Origin: Callorhinchus milii
Lineage: Eukaryota
DNA: 64,000 nucleotides
Assembly: GCF_018977255.1 (NCBI RefSeq)
Contig: NW_024704742.1
Span: 112,036,001-112,100,000, forward strand
Direction: 5' to 3'
The notes beneath the pieces were generated by a model, which was not told the DNA's origin, ran no database searches, and worked only from the letters and a program-made list of their open reading frames with translations. This document shows positions 1 to 12,141 of this stretch, piece after piece. Position 1 is the stretch's first letter. Each line of letters begins with the position of its first letter. A program made the translations under genes and the position numbers.

Positions 1-1979
1 GTGTTACTTTCTAAACAGTATCCTTGGCATTCCGTTGTGGCACGTTTGCTGGCTAGTTCCGAAATGTCCATGGCAGTTTTGGTCTACAGAATTAGTTATC
101 GTATGTTATCGTTCGAAACCAAACTATTGTAATAAAACCGCGTTTAAATATATTCGAAAACTGTAGTGATGTGTGCGTTTAAATTATACAGAGTCTCGCT
201 GTGTATAAATGAAACAGCAATAGCTGTGAACATTTGTATAAATGTTCGAGATAAATATGCAAGCAGCAATATAAGCGTAAAGAATATGTTTGACCGTGTT
301 TTCGGTTTTATTTTTATAATAGTTATTATTCTGCTTGAAGTTATTTGGCTAGTTTTATTTTATGGCACAACGTACAACTACTCCATCAAACAAGCAACCA
401 ATGCAAAACCAAAAAAAGAAGATCACAGTAAATGTAAATATACACGATTGTAAAATGCCATGTGCAAAGGGTATGAACCGAATTCACGCAGAATTGGGTA
501 ATTGTACAAATTGCTTTGACATCGAGTACCAATAAACATTCTAAAAGCTATTGTTTCGGTGCCCGGCTATAAATTGCCAGTGCAAGTGTAACAGTGAAAA
601 ACAGCTGCAGTCTGTAAGATCAGGAATGCGAAAAACACTGCAACTAATTGCCAGTACAGGTACTGCAACTGGAAGAGGCTGGTAATTCTCCTAATGTAAA
701 GTTGAACATCATAACACTGTACAGCCGTAAAACTGGCAACAGTAAATATTGATTAACTTTATTACACACATATATCTATACATAATATGTGTGCGTGTGT
801 GTGAATACATCTAATGTATGACGTTGTTTGTTTATTAAAAACACGTTTTAGATCCATACTGTCACAGATTCTACTAGTACAGTCCCATAAAGAAGAAGAA
901 AGATGAAGAGTGTGTGAGAATTGTATTGCAGCTGCTAAAAACACACTGGTGAGTAGTGAGTTAAAGCTTTATGAAGCATAATTGATGCGACGCACAAATT
1001 ATACTTTATAGAAAAATAGCTACTGTTATATAGCTTGTGAAGTTTGTGAGCACCAGAGAATAGCATTTAAATAAATGCGCGACTAAGGAAGTAGAATAAT
1101 TAACCTAAATACAATTTCAATTCTCAATGTGTGTCTTCTGTACATAGTCAGAAGGGCAAAATCTCGAGCTTTTTATATATTCATTAGGAATGGAGTTTAT
1201 TGGTTGCCTAAGATGGTTGTATCTGCTTTGCTCTGTGAAGTATGTAAATAGATGGATATATGCGGGAAAATGAGAACAGAAAAACGTGCTCGTGGTGCAA
1301 ATAAAGAAATCGTAAAATGTATTTGCAAAATATTGATTTTTAAAAAAATTAAGCTGTACCATCTTTAAAGTAAACCACCAACAAGGATCATTTATGTTAT
1401 GAAGGAGCTTAATTCAATTTAGTCTATTACAATAAAAAGGTTCAGGCAAACCGTTCCACTTTTTTATCTAAAGAAATCCACAAAATGTAGTGTGAAGGTA
1501 CATAGGCATAAAACCACTTGAAGTCATCCCATTCAATCATACATATTTATACAGAATCCCCGTGCATTCCAATACGTTAATTACAATGTAAAACCATATC
1601 ACACATAAACCTATTTAAATCGCGAAGGTAGCACAGCCTCTGTAAAAGATTGCTGAGTGGTCTGTTGAAACAAATAGAAAACAAGACGTATTCGATCAAT
1701 AGCTTCAGTAAAATAAAAAGTGAGGAAACACTTACAGAAATATACAAATTAAAAATAACGCACACATTACAGCCAAGAGCAGAGGTAATGGCGCACCACC
1801 AGCATTATTACGCAGAGATATTTCTCCAGAGTCCCTTTTTTTTATATTCCTGCAAAGCTCTGTTTCTGGCAATCCTTTCGGGGTGGGTATTTTTTTGCAT
1901 TCGAAAAAAGCAAAATTAAACGCTGAGAAAAAAAAACAAAGGTATAATTCAAAACTGCAGTAGTCAATGAGTAGGCTGG

Positions 1980-2460
1980 AGATTTGCATATTATATATCT
2001 ATCTATCTAATATTCTTGCCTTTCTTGTTGCTAATCATTTCATTTTAAATTTACCATACGTGCACTGAGCGTGACGTAAGGCAACGTGATCTGACCGATC
2101 CACTGAACGTGCAGTGAAAAAAAAACGCAGACGCTTTGGAAAATCCTTCAGTGGAAACATCGCCAAGTGGCTGCACCGGCTTGACAAATGCAGAAGAAAA
2201 TCCTGGTCGGATTTTATATAGAGATGGATAGATACGTGTGCATGTAGATGTTCGATTGGCAAAGGCAGATCGTGCGAAATTATTCTTCCTTCCCCACCTC
2301 CTCACCCCCCCCCAAAAAAAAACTAAAAACACACACACACACACCAAGGAATGAGTGGCTGTCGCTGGTGGGAAATCCGGGCTCTGTCTTATTCGCTGGT
2401 CTGTGGATGGCGAGGCAGCGGCGAGCGACAGAGCAGCGCATCTCTCTGCAGTCCTGCTCT
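1980..2460. promoter_or_regulatory. CpG-rich promoter-like region, possibly bidirectional
   Basis: Octamer ATTTGCAT 1982-1989, CRE-like TGACGTAA 2072-2079, TTTATATA 2213-2220 (TATATAAA on the minus strand), ATTGG 2255-2259 (CCAAT on the minus strand), GTGGGAA ~2368, many CpGs. Confidence 0.55.
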
Positions 2461-2471
2461 TACCTCCACAT

Positions 2472-2473
<2 letters not shown>

Positions 2474-2501
<28 letters not shown>
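2474..2501. repeat. (CA)n microsatellite
   Basis: Direct reading. Confidence 0.95.
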
Positions 2502-2502
<1 letters not shown>

Positions 2503-2647
2503 TGGGCGCTGTATGTCTAAAACTGCAGAGGACAGATTTTATCAGTAGGGAGTTTTGACCCTTTGCAAACAAAACAAAATTGGCCTGTGGGTTTTTTTTT
2601 TCTGTTCATCACCAAGGAAGGGAGAGGGTTTGGGATCATACTTTCGT

Positions 2648-2686
2648 GGGGGGGGGGGGGGGGTGGGGGGGTGGGGGGGGGGGTGG
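2648..2686 (+). repeat. poly-G tract (G-quadruplex potential)
   Basis: Long G runs separated by single Ts. Confidence 0.85.
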
Positions 2687-3480
2687 AACCCCCTAAATAA
2701 ACAACAAAATAAAAAGAGAGAGGGGGAGAGGAGGGAGTCCTGGTTGCGAGCTGACAGGCTTGTGGTGTGTGTCCCCGTCACAACATCCGATGGACAGCGG
2801 TCAGTGTCTGAGTGCTATGTGTGTGTGTGTGTGTGTTTGTGGACAGAGAAAGAGATGTGCACACTTTGAAAGCGAAGGGGGAGAAAAAAAAGTTCAGCAA
2901 TTAAAAGCCTAATGGTGGGGAGTAAACACTTGAACTTCCAAGGCATGTTAACCCCTCCACACACTCACACATTCACTCACACACACGCACTCACATCCAT
3001 AGACATGGGGGAGAGAAAAAAAACCTTTTTTAAAAAAAATACAAGGGAGCTTCTTGTCAGCGCTCGTCTCTATTCAAGTAAATTCTCATTTGTTGTGTCT
3101 GTCAGAGAGGCTTTGGGGGGTTTGGAGCAAACACATTATTTCTGCCGAATGAGAAGAGAAGGCATCGCGTTATTCTGGGAATGGCCCTTCGACACACACA
3201 CAAAAAAATCAGATCATGCAAGGAATGAACAATAGGGCTTCAGTTCATCAGTAACAAAAGAAATGGGGAAGTTATTTGATTTTCAGACCACGTTCACGCC
3301 AGAGGGGCTGGACAATCTTCATCCAGGCCCCCTCCCCTCGCCTCCCAACCCTTCCCCCCAAAAAACTTGCAGACAGTGCTCTCACTTTTTACTCTTGGGC
3401 TTAGGGAGAAAACAATATTATGGCAAAACATTTTCGTGCTTAAAAAAAAAAGAGTGGAAGTTTCCTTTGCTCTGTTTCAG

Positions 3481-3670
3481 TGTCATTCGAGCAAGAACAA
3501 TGTGGGAATAAGCGGCTATTTTGAATGCAATTGACGAGGGGATGACATTGGTGCTTGTGGTTCGACGGAGAAGTCAAACTTGCCAAGGCCAAGAGGAGCT
3601 TTGAGTTGCGGAGTTTGTGCATCAGGACTTCAGAAATTCAACCACCTTGAAGTTTGCTGTCGTCTAACTT
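3481..3670 (+). other. candidate 190-nt non-coding exon of the host transcript
   Basis: Acceptor TTTCCTTTGCTCTGTTTCAG ends at 3480; donor CTT|GTAAGT at 3671-3676; no credible ORF. Confidence 0.45.
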
Positions 3671-6600
3671 GTAAGTACAGTGCACACCCTATTTTGTTTA
3701 TTGCCTTGCAGTTGCAATCTAGGATCGGTGCCAGCAGCTCAGATATTTGGATTCTCTGCTATTTAAAATCTTAAACCAATATCATTGTTAATGTAACTTC
3801 ATTACAGTTATATTTCACATCTCAGTCAGTTGCGTTATTAACATTATTGTGTTACTGGCCCCTCCAGTAATATTGGCGCTATGTGTATCTTTTAAGTAAA
3901 GGGGATTTCGTTTGCAAAATACCAAATCACCATCGTTCGTATGGGTACAGTACAGTAGATTTTTGTTTCGAATAAAATGTATATAATTCAGCCTTTTGAA
4001 CTTAAACATTGCGGATTAAACGTGTTGCCTGGGAGCGAAAGGCTGCCCATTGAAATTGTTATGGTAATTATTTGTATGCTGTTGAACTTGATGTTGACTC
4101 TTTACATAATTCGGGTGCAAGAGTGGGAAAAGTGTTCTCAAATTAATCTGTTCAAAATGCCTTTTTAAATAGAAAAGATCGACAGTGTATTCTAAAGAGG
4201 CATTTAATGGTTCAAACTTCATCATACGTGTATTTTTGGTTATAGGTAATGTTCCAGATCAGTTCCATCTATGTCTAGCTATTTTATCTGTACATCTGAC
4301 TTCCTATTGATCCGTTTTGATACGGGTGCACCAGTCAGTCGATCGCTCCAGTCTCTTTTAATTACTGCCGGAAAATATTTCACAATAATCTGCTATTAAT
4401 CTGCTAATTTATGAAGTTCCTTGATTTATCACTTCTCTAAATGACTGTCAGGAAAGAGCATACATATCTTGGGCGCTCGTTACACAGGTCTTCATCCAAA
4501 GTGCTGCAGCAACATTGTTTTAGACCAGAAAAAAAAACAGCAGATTGCACGATACACGATTGCTCTCGACCTTTGCAAAAGGGGAATCCAAATATGTTTG
4601 TGAAATGAGTGTTCAGATTCAGGGTAAATGTTCACAAGCAGGACTGAGCAGGACACTCCTCTGCTGACAGTTGTTTATTGGCATGGCTGTTGAGCTGTTT
4701 GGTTTATTGTTAGATTTACCAATGTTTCAAAGATAGAAAGAGATGCCTCTAATCTACGATACCTGGGCTGAATCCAGTTTCATGGCTACGATCAGTGGGA
4801 CTGGCAGAGGCTTGAGCTCCACAATAGGCCAGAGAGCAGCTTTACAGAGGACGTGTCAGCCTTTCAGAAGAAATCTCCAACTGGGGCACATATATTTATA
4901 AAAGCTAGAAAGGCCGCCAAGTAACCATGCACGTGGGTTGATTAGATTTCTGTTCTCTGCAGATCTAAGTTATAATAACCTGACTCGCCGTTTCCTTTTT
5001 TTAAAAATCGCCGTCCAAACAAACCTGTACATTATTATGAAAATATTAAAAGAATATTCACATCTGAGCAGGTCTGAGGGTGCTCTAAGGTTATCTCTTT
5101 AATGCAACGAGGTTATGTATGTGTGTAAAAAGTGTCAAAGCTTGCAATAAGCAGAACGCGCAAATGTTCATAGAGGTTAGTGTGCATTGATATTTTGTTC
5201 ATGACTTCTCTTTCGTCCGAACGACGAGCCTTGATGTTCCATGGAGGATAGAGGAGCTATTTTCAAGCGTCAGATATTACCAGTTTAAGCTAAGCCCATC
5301 TGATGAGTGATTCTCTTTCATCTCGGCACAGAGAAATGCAGTTTTTATTTTAATAATCACTCTTCAGCAATGACAAGCATCCAAACTTGACCGTTGTAAC
5401 TCCACGTCATGTAATTTGCGAGTGAATATTCATGACCATTTATTACACAAGAGTGTTAAGTGGCCAAAGAGCGATTACGCATACAGTAGAACTATTTATA
5501 TTTCAAACACCTTTCATATCACAAGTGTATTGGCACAAGACTAAACAGCGGTGTGATTTAATATGATTCTCCTTTTATTAACGTTCTTAAATGTTTGCTA
5601 CCAAAATTACTGAAGCTGTAACAGCAGAACATAAACTAATCTCTTTAACTTCGTGGATATTTTACAGGTTGAGTAGACCGGATACATCCGTATTCTGAAA
5701 CCTAATGCCAAAGGAAACGGTNAAAAAAAACATATTCTGTATTTCATCTATACAAATGCGTGTGAATTGTGCACAGTGTTTCCTAAAAAGTAAACGTCTC
5801 GCAAATAACACGCGGATCTATATTTCACAACTTATATTGGCAGATTATGTCATGTAAATAGTTGATGTTTAATGTACATGCAGTTACAATAAAGAGGTAC
5901 TCCAGTCTTACGTCAAATTACGTTATGCTACAAAAATACAAACAAGTCAACCATAATAATTGGACTGAAAGGTGAATGTTGAAATATAGGCAAAAAATAC
6001 CGTTCAGTAAAGGAAGAAAGTGAGTGTTATTTTTTCCTAAAGCGCTGTAGATAGCTATCATTAAATGGCCTTTTATCATGCAAGATGGGTGTTTTGACGA
6101 GCAAGGTCTCGTTTTAGTGGTGTGCGGTTTATTCATAAGTATTACGCAAAGCTCCAATGAAATGGGTGATTCCTGGAATGACTCAGTAGTGCTTGCTTTA
6201 ATTAACATCCATGTATCTAAGCCAGAATTAGGACGACAAAATGTCGAATATACGTCTTTGTATTTATAGCAGTGCACCCCCACCAAGCTCACGTGCACAC
6301 ACACGCACACTCATTCGCAAGCAATTATGAAATCTGAATATTAACATGCGTAGTAGGTACATTATTTTTACAATCATAAGGATACTTCAGCTCCACACCA
6401 TGCAATGTCGTGGAACCCATGTGGAGACCTATAAAAAGATGAGAAGAGTGGCATGACAATCATGTCCTAATCTGCAGACCACTAATGACATTTCATATAA
6501 AACCTGAGTGAACAGACCGTTGTGGTACAGATACCTTAGAAATGTGTGTGTGTGTGTTTTAAACCGAGTTTTGCCCATATAAACGTGGTTGAAATCATGT

Positions 6601-9600
6601 TTTAAGCAATCGATATCCATACTGTACACCTAAAGGTGATTTATGCGCTTTATAATATCTTTATTCGTTTGGTCATATAGGATATTTTGAAGGACATGAT
6701 TTATCAAATGTGTGGTAGAATAGTCCATCTTCATCATCTGCTTTCTTGGACAATTTATTTAGAAAGGCTGCATGGGTATTGCCTTAATAGGCGTGCACTT
6801 GCCAGACTTAATAATGTAAACCTGGCCAACGTTTGCTATTTTTAAGACCGCTCCTTGCATTTAAAAAAAACATTAATTTAATTATAAAGGCAATAGGAAA
6901 AGTGTCTAAAATAATTCTTTAATACAATAATCTAAAGTCTCCCTTATTGTGCTAAATGCGTATATATAGTAATAAGACACATAAAAGAAGATTGGCAGCT
7001 TTGAAATTGGTAACATCGCTAATGAAAACGAATGCGTACTCATCACGTTGACCACTGCCACTTCCATTGCCTTTAATTATTATTCCTATTAAAACACAAG
7101 TGAAAGGCGACCTATGTGACAGGTAGTCATTATTGCTGTAATCGTTTTTGGCAATCTAGTATCTTTTAGTGACGTTGGCGTCAAAGTTTCTCTTTCTCTC
7201 TCTGCAAATGTTTACCTCTAACCTGTTTGCAATGCATTTCGTGGAATAAGGTTTGCATGTTCACGTGATGTGAATAGGCACATCATTTAACTCATTTTTT
7301 TTGATAAGTGCAACTAAATACCGGCACTTTTTTTTAAAAAAAACTGCGTGTCATTACCTCTCCCCAACTATGGGGTTGAAACATTAAGTAATTTAAGTAT
7401 ACGTACAGCTGAAGACTTTGTGACTCAGAGATAATTATGCTGATATTTGCACAAATTGCATCCCTCTACAGAGTGCCATATATAAAGTAGCGTATAAAAT
7501 ATCATACCATAGTCTTACCGATGCACTATATTTTGCAGGAGTGCCCACAGTGGTCTATTACTATGAAAAGTAATGCGTGTTCATACATTTAAATTTTACC
7601 ACTCGTGTTGTCTATAAATTATTTATTTTTAAAGAAAAATACAACACTAAAGGTGCAGTAGGGGCGTTGGTATAGAGGCAGTTTACAGTACGCCTAAAAC
7701 GTACTATAGCCATTTTGATGCACAGTACTTACCTTTGCTGGTAGCGTAGAGACCATCTTCTGCAACTGTTATATATTATATAAATGTCATATATTTATAA
7801 CATTAAATATGTCCTTTGTCACTGAAAAATGGAAAAGTAAAGAACAGGAGTGTTTCCCCGGCTGTCTCTCTGTATGTCAGTCTACTTTGCCTTACATAAA
7901 TTGCAATAATTGGACACATTGTCATCTGCTTAAGAGTCATAGTTAAGCAAGTCCAAGAACATGTCAAAATGGATTGATATAGTTGTACACAATTCACTTT
8001 ATCACGTTTTAACCCCAATTTCGGATACTGTAGTTTTGATTCACAAATTAAACTTATTGTCAGTTTTGGGTTTTCATTATTGTATTTGAGAATGAGGTGT
8101 GTTTCACATATCACTTTATGAAATGATTCTAAGCATGTAAATTTCTTCTCCTGTGGATTATGGTTATCAAGCCTTCATTAAATTCAGAATTTGACCTGCC
8201 TGCAACGTAGGGACGTGAATGTTGCAATGAGTGCATTGGAAAGCCTTGCCTTAGCTTTTGTCTTCGTAATACTGTATATGATATTATATAATTGCTTTAC
8301 TCTTTGAGTATATTTACATTTATATCCGAGCAAAAATTGCCATCGCAACTGCTGCAATTTTCATATCTTATTATACATTTATTTGGTTTCATGTTGTATT
8401 GTTATTGAATGTGCTGTTACTGTTGCTTTTCCCACTTTGTTTCTCTTCTGATATTATAGTACTGGGCATTTTGATTTTGAAACGGTGTAATAAAAACTTT
8501 GGCGCAGTTTTGTTATTGGAAAATTAAGGTGAATCAAAGATGACGTCTCACTCATGATGCTGCTTCTGGTTCTGAGGATGAATTGCTGAAATAGTTAAAG
8601 ATCACCAGTTATAGTCAAAGATATATCTTTTCAGAAAGTATTGTTCCAAGAGGCCTGGTTACAGTTTAGCATGTAATCTGTGTGAAATGAGCAGGAATTA
8701 ACGTCTAACATCTACTAGTTGCAACACGTATATAAACACACAACATATATCCGAATACACGTTTAGAAAATGAAAAACATCACAAAGCCCTTTTGCTGAT
8801 TTGGTCCAATGTTTAATTCCAACGCATAACATGGCTTATCAAAACGCGTCTTACTGGCTATAGACTGGAATTTAATAGAGAAGTACGATGTCATATTAAT
8901 AAACATGTCATATTAATACTAAGGATATACTATCCTTTTCAGTAAGGTACAGAATCTAAACAGTCGCTGTTTCTATTCGACGTGAGATTTGCATAGTTTT
9001 CTCTGAATTAACTCACTTGGTGAACACTTATCTAATTAATCTGCAGATCTGGAGAGTGTAATAGTGTAAAGTGAAAGAGAACACTGCACTCAATCAGTGA
9101 CATAAACCAACGTTTCAGATCGTATCTTTCGTGTACATATCACGTTTATACCTTCGGCTGTTTTTACAAAATAATCAGCCTTTGCTCGACGTACAGTAGG
9201 AATGGAAGTTGTCCGGTACAGCTTTTATTTGGCTGGATATGTCTGATGTCAATGCTTATTTAGTTCTAAATACGGAACCATTTAATTTTGAATGACTCAA
9301 GTGTGTGGATTTCTGAATCCTGGTTTAGTTGTATTTTTCTAAACCAACTGGTAGGGTTTTCGAAAGTGAAGCGAATATATATATATATAATATATGTATA
9401 TTACATATATAAATAATGGTCGATATTGCCTTAGGTTGTGCAAAGCACGTTTCAGAGAGTGTTCGTCTAACCTGGGAAATGAAGGGACACAGCAGTTGGA
9501 GATTTTATGTGATATTTGCTATTGCACAACGTTAAATGAAACAGAAAAAAGAAAGCCGCACGTTACAACAGAGGTTGGAGAGTCGCGTTCTTGCATTCGG

Positions 9601-10183
9601 TGAACTTTGCATCTCAGATCACATTGCATTGCTGGCGATTATTATTAAGTACATTTTAATTGAGGAATCCCGTCACACGGAGATCATCAGACTACGGTGG
9701 GAAGCGATTAAAGAAAAACACAGCAGAGCAAAACTGTTTATGTAATTGCACATCGACTCACTGCGTAGGGCTCTCAGATTCCCAGTCAGTTCCTCGAACC
9801 CATCAAGGCCCTGTGTTTTTTTTGTTTAAAAAAGAGCAATCGGGGGGAGGGTTGGCGGGGGGGGGGAATGCCTGGTTGCAACAATATGAGGGAAGAGAAA
9901 TTCAAGGCAAAAAAAAATATGCACGTTACCCAGATCACAGACGCTTTAATCTGTCCAAAAAGATATCAAGAGTCCTCCAGCCAGAGATGGGATTGGCCAC
10001 ACATTATATTTGCAGGAAGGAAGGGTAAAGGAAAAGGAAAAGGAAGGGGAAAGGGGGAGGCAGAAAGGGCCGCAGTGGTGGAGGAGGGATTTTTTTTTAA
10101 AAAAAAGGTCTGGCGACAAAATAAAGGTGTTTGAGGTGTGAGGGGGGGGAGAGAATTGGAGTCTCTTTGTTTCCGGCGGGAGA

Positions 10184-11024
10184 TGAGGGCTGAGGGCTGG
10201 AGCTGAGGCTGAGGCTGAGGGCTGGGGCTGAGGCTGGGGGGCTGAGGGCTGGAGCTGAGGGCTGAGGGCTGGAGCTGAGGCTGAGGCTGGGGGCTAGAGG
10301 CTGGAGCTGAGGCTGGGGGCTGGAGCTGAGGGCTGGAGCTGAGGCTGAGGGCTGGAGCTGAGGGCTGGAGCTGAGGCTGGGGGCTGGAGCTGAGGCTGGG
10401 GGCTGGAGCTGAGGGCTGGAGCTGAGGCTGAGGGCTGAGGGCTGGAGCTGAGGCTGAGGGCTGAGCTGAGGCTGAGGGCTGGAGCTGAGGCTGGAGCTGA
10501 GGGCTGGAGTTGAGGGCTGAGGCTGAGGGCTGGAGCTGAGGGCTGAGGCGAGGGCTGGAGCTGAGTGAGGGCTGGAGCTGAGGCTGGGGGCTGGAGCTGA
10601 GGGCTGAGGGCTGGAGGCTGAGGGCTGGAGCTGAGGCTGGGGGCTGGAGCTGAGGGCTGGAGCTGAGGGCTGAGGCTGAGGGCTGGAGCTGAGGCTGGGG
10701 CTGGAGCTGAGGCTGGGGCTGGAGCTGAGGGCTGGAGCTGAGGCTGGGGGCTGGAGCTGAGGGCTGGAGGCTGAGGGCTGGAGCTGAGGGCTGGAGGGCT
10801 GAGGGCTGGAGCTGAGGGCTGGAGCTGAGGCTGAGGCTGAGGGCTGGAGCTGAGGCTGAGGGCTGGAGCTGAGTGAGGGCTGAGGCTGAGGGCTGGAGCT
10901 GAGTGAGGGCTGGAGCTGAGTGAGGGCTGAGGCTGAGGGCTGGAGCTGAGTGAGGGCTGAGGCTGAGGGCTGGAGCTGAGGCTGAGGGCTGGAGCTGAGT
11001 GAGGGCTGGAGCTGAGGCTGAGGG
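10184..11024 (+). repeat. G-rich degenerate tandem repeat of GGCTGA/GGGCTGA/GGAGCTGA units (Ig switch-region-like composition)
   Basis: ~840 bp built almost only from GAGCT, GGGCT and GGCTGA units; about 35-40 AGCT by hand count; nearly CpG-free. Confidence 0.92.
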
Positions 11025-11111
11025 TTGGTCTGATCAGCCATATGCACAGCAATAAACCTGTACTTGAGATTTCTCATGACATCATCATTACCTTTGGTCT
11101 CCCGCGGTCCG

Positions 11112-11124
11112 GGACCTTTGACCT
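11112..11124 (-). promoter_or_regulatory. DR1 nuclear-receptor element (AGGTCA-A-AGGTCC)
   Basis: GGACCTTTGACCT on + is a near-perfect DR1 (COUP-TF/RXR/HNF4/TR2-4 class), ~0.9 kb upstream of miR-9. Confidence 0.45.
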
Positions 11125-11174
11125 CGTCGGGTTGGTCCAGATTTCGGCACTGCAATCCCAATGATGGCCCTGAT

Positions 11175-11246
11175 CTCTCTCTCTCTCTCTCTCTCTTCAG
11201 ATTCCCCCCTTCTCTCTTCTCTCTCTCTCTCTCTCTCTTTTTTTAG
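11175..11246 (+). other. (CT)n polypyrimidine tract with candidate 3' splice sites
   Basis: (CT)n...TTCAG| ends at 11200 and (CT)n..TTTTTTAG| ends at 11246, upstream of the miR-9 hairpin. Confidence 0.4.
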
Positions 11247-11321
11247 TAGCAGCAAAAGCTGCAAACGGTGCGACGGCATCTGCTTTTCCAGCTCTTCACA
11301 AGCCTTGATGTGGGGACCGAC

Positions 11322-11428
11322 CCTCCTCCTTCCACCACCACCACCACCACCACCACCCCCCCCCCCCCTCCTCCTCCTCCTCCCTCCCTCCCTCCCCAGC
11401 AATATATATATATAATATATATATATAA
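11322..11428. repeat. compound (CCT)/(CCA)/(C)n/(TA)n microsatellite
   Basis: Direct reading. Confidence 0.9.
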
Positions 11429-12017
11429 TCAACCTGCCATCGCTGCCTGCCATTAAAAACAGATACCATCGGCAGCAACCGAGGCGATCGCATTTTCAAG
11501 GCTTCCTTCCTTTAATCCTCATGTCAGTTTCGACTACCGGAGTGGGCAAAAAGGAAAATATTTGCGCTCGCCCTGTGTAGCTGCTTTGGATAGTGCTGTT
11601 GGCTCAACGTCTTCATACCAGGCTTTGTGAGAATGAAGCGATTTACAATGCAAATAGAGGCCTGTGAAGGGATGGATGCACCTCACTCTCACTCTTGTCC
11701 TGATCACATCCAGACTAACACACCGGCAGGGCTGCTGTTTTTTTTATATATATATATATATGATATTAATACCGGGAGCCTCTGGAGTGCAAATGTTGGA
11801 TGTTAAGTTGCGTGGAAGTTGGGGGAAAACTTCCAGGGAAAATGCACCCTCTCGGCGCCAGTGCGTACAGATCAGATGAGGATCTGTTGGGGGCCAAGTG
11901 CATCTGGAGGAAGTAATGAGGATGTGAACATGGCGAAGTCTGTCCTAAGAACACGGATCTGCGAGAGCGTGGAAGAAGGTACCAGCAAAACGCCAGGACT
12001 GGGGAAGTTAGTTGTTA

Positions 12018-12040
12018 TCTTTGGTTATCTAGCTGTATGA
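12018..12040 (+). ncRNA. miR-9-5p: mature miR-9-5p
   Basis: Exact match to UCUUUGGUUAUCUAGCUGUAUGA. Confidence 0.97.
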
Positions 12041-12055
12041 GTGTATTTGTCCGTC

Positions 12056-12077
12056 ATAAAGCTAGATAACCGAAAGT
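12056..12077 (+). ncRNA. miR-9-3p: mature miR-9-3p (miR-9*)
   Basis: Exact match to AUAAAGCUAGAUAACCGAAAGU. Confidence 0.95.
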
Positions 12078-12106
12078 AAAAACAGCTTCCAGGGGCTTCG
12101 TGGAGC

Positions 12107-12141
<35 letters not shown>

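Larger units (their letters stand above)
12003..12090 (+). ncRNA. MIR9-2: microRNA-9 precursor hairpin, most similar to mir-9-2
   Basis: Exact miR-9-5p TCTTTGGTTATCTAGCTGTATGA (12018-12040) and miR-9-3p ATAAAGCTAGATAACCGAAAGT (12056-12077). Basal stem GGAAGTTAGTTGTTA pairs with TAAAAACAGCTTCC. The 5' flank GGAAG..AGTTGTTA and loop GTGTATTTGTC resemble recalled mir-9-2 (GGAAGCGAGTTGTTA / GTGTATTGGTC) more than mir-9-1 or mir-9-3. Family is certain; paralog is inferred. Confidence 0.97.

Noticed and set aside
570..745. Recurring AATTGCCAGT / ACTGCAACT words
   Set aside because: No regular period or repeat-spacer structure; not CRISPR-like, and this is a vertebrate sequence.
2780..2802. REST/RE1-like GGACAGCG (also CAGCACATTGGATAG near 40519)
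   Set aside because: Half-site only or too many mismatches to TTCAGCACCNNGGACAG.
10097..11161. 354-aa and 252-aa minus-strand ORFs rich in S/P/Q/A/L
   Set aside because: They stay open only because the CTCAGC/CTCCAG repeat lacks stops in several frames; no domain or splice support.
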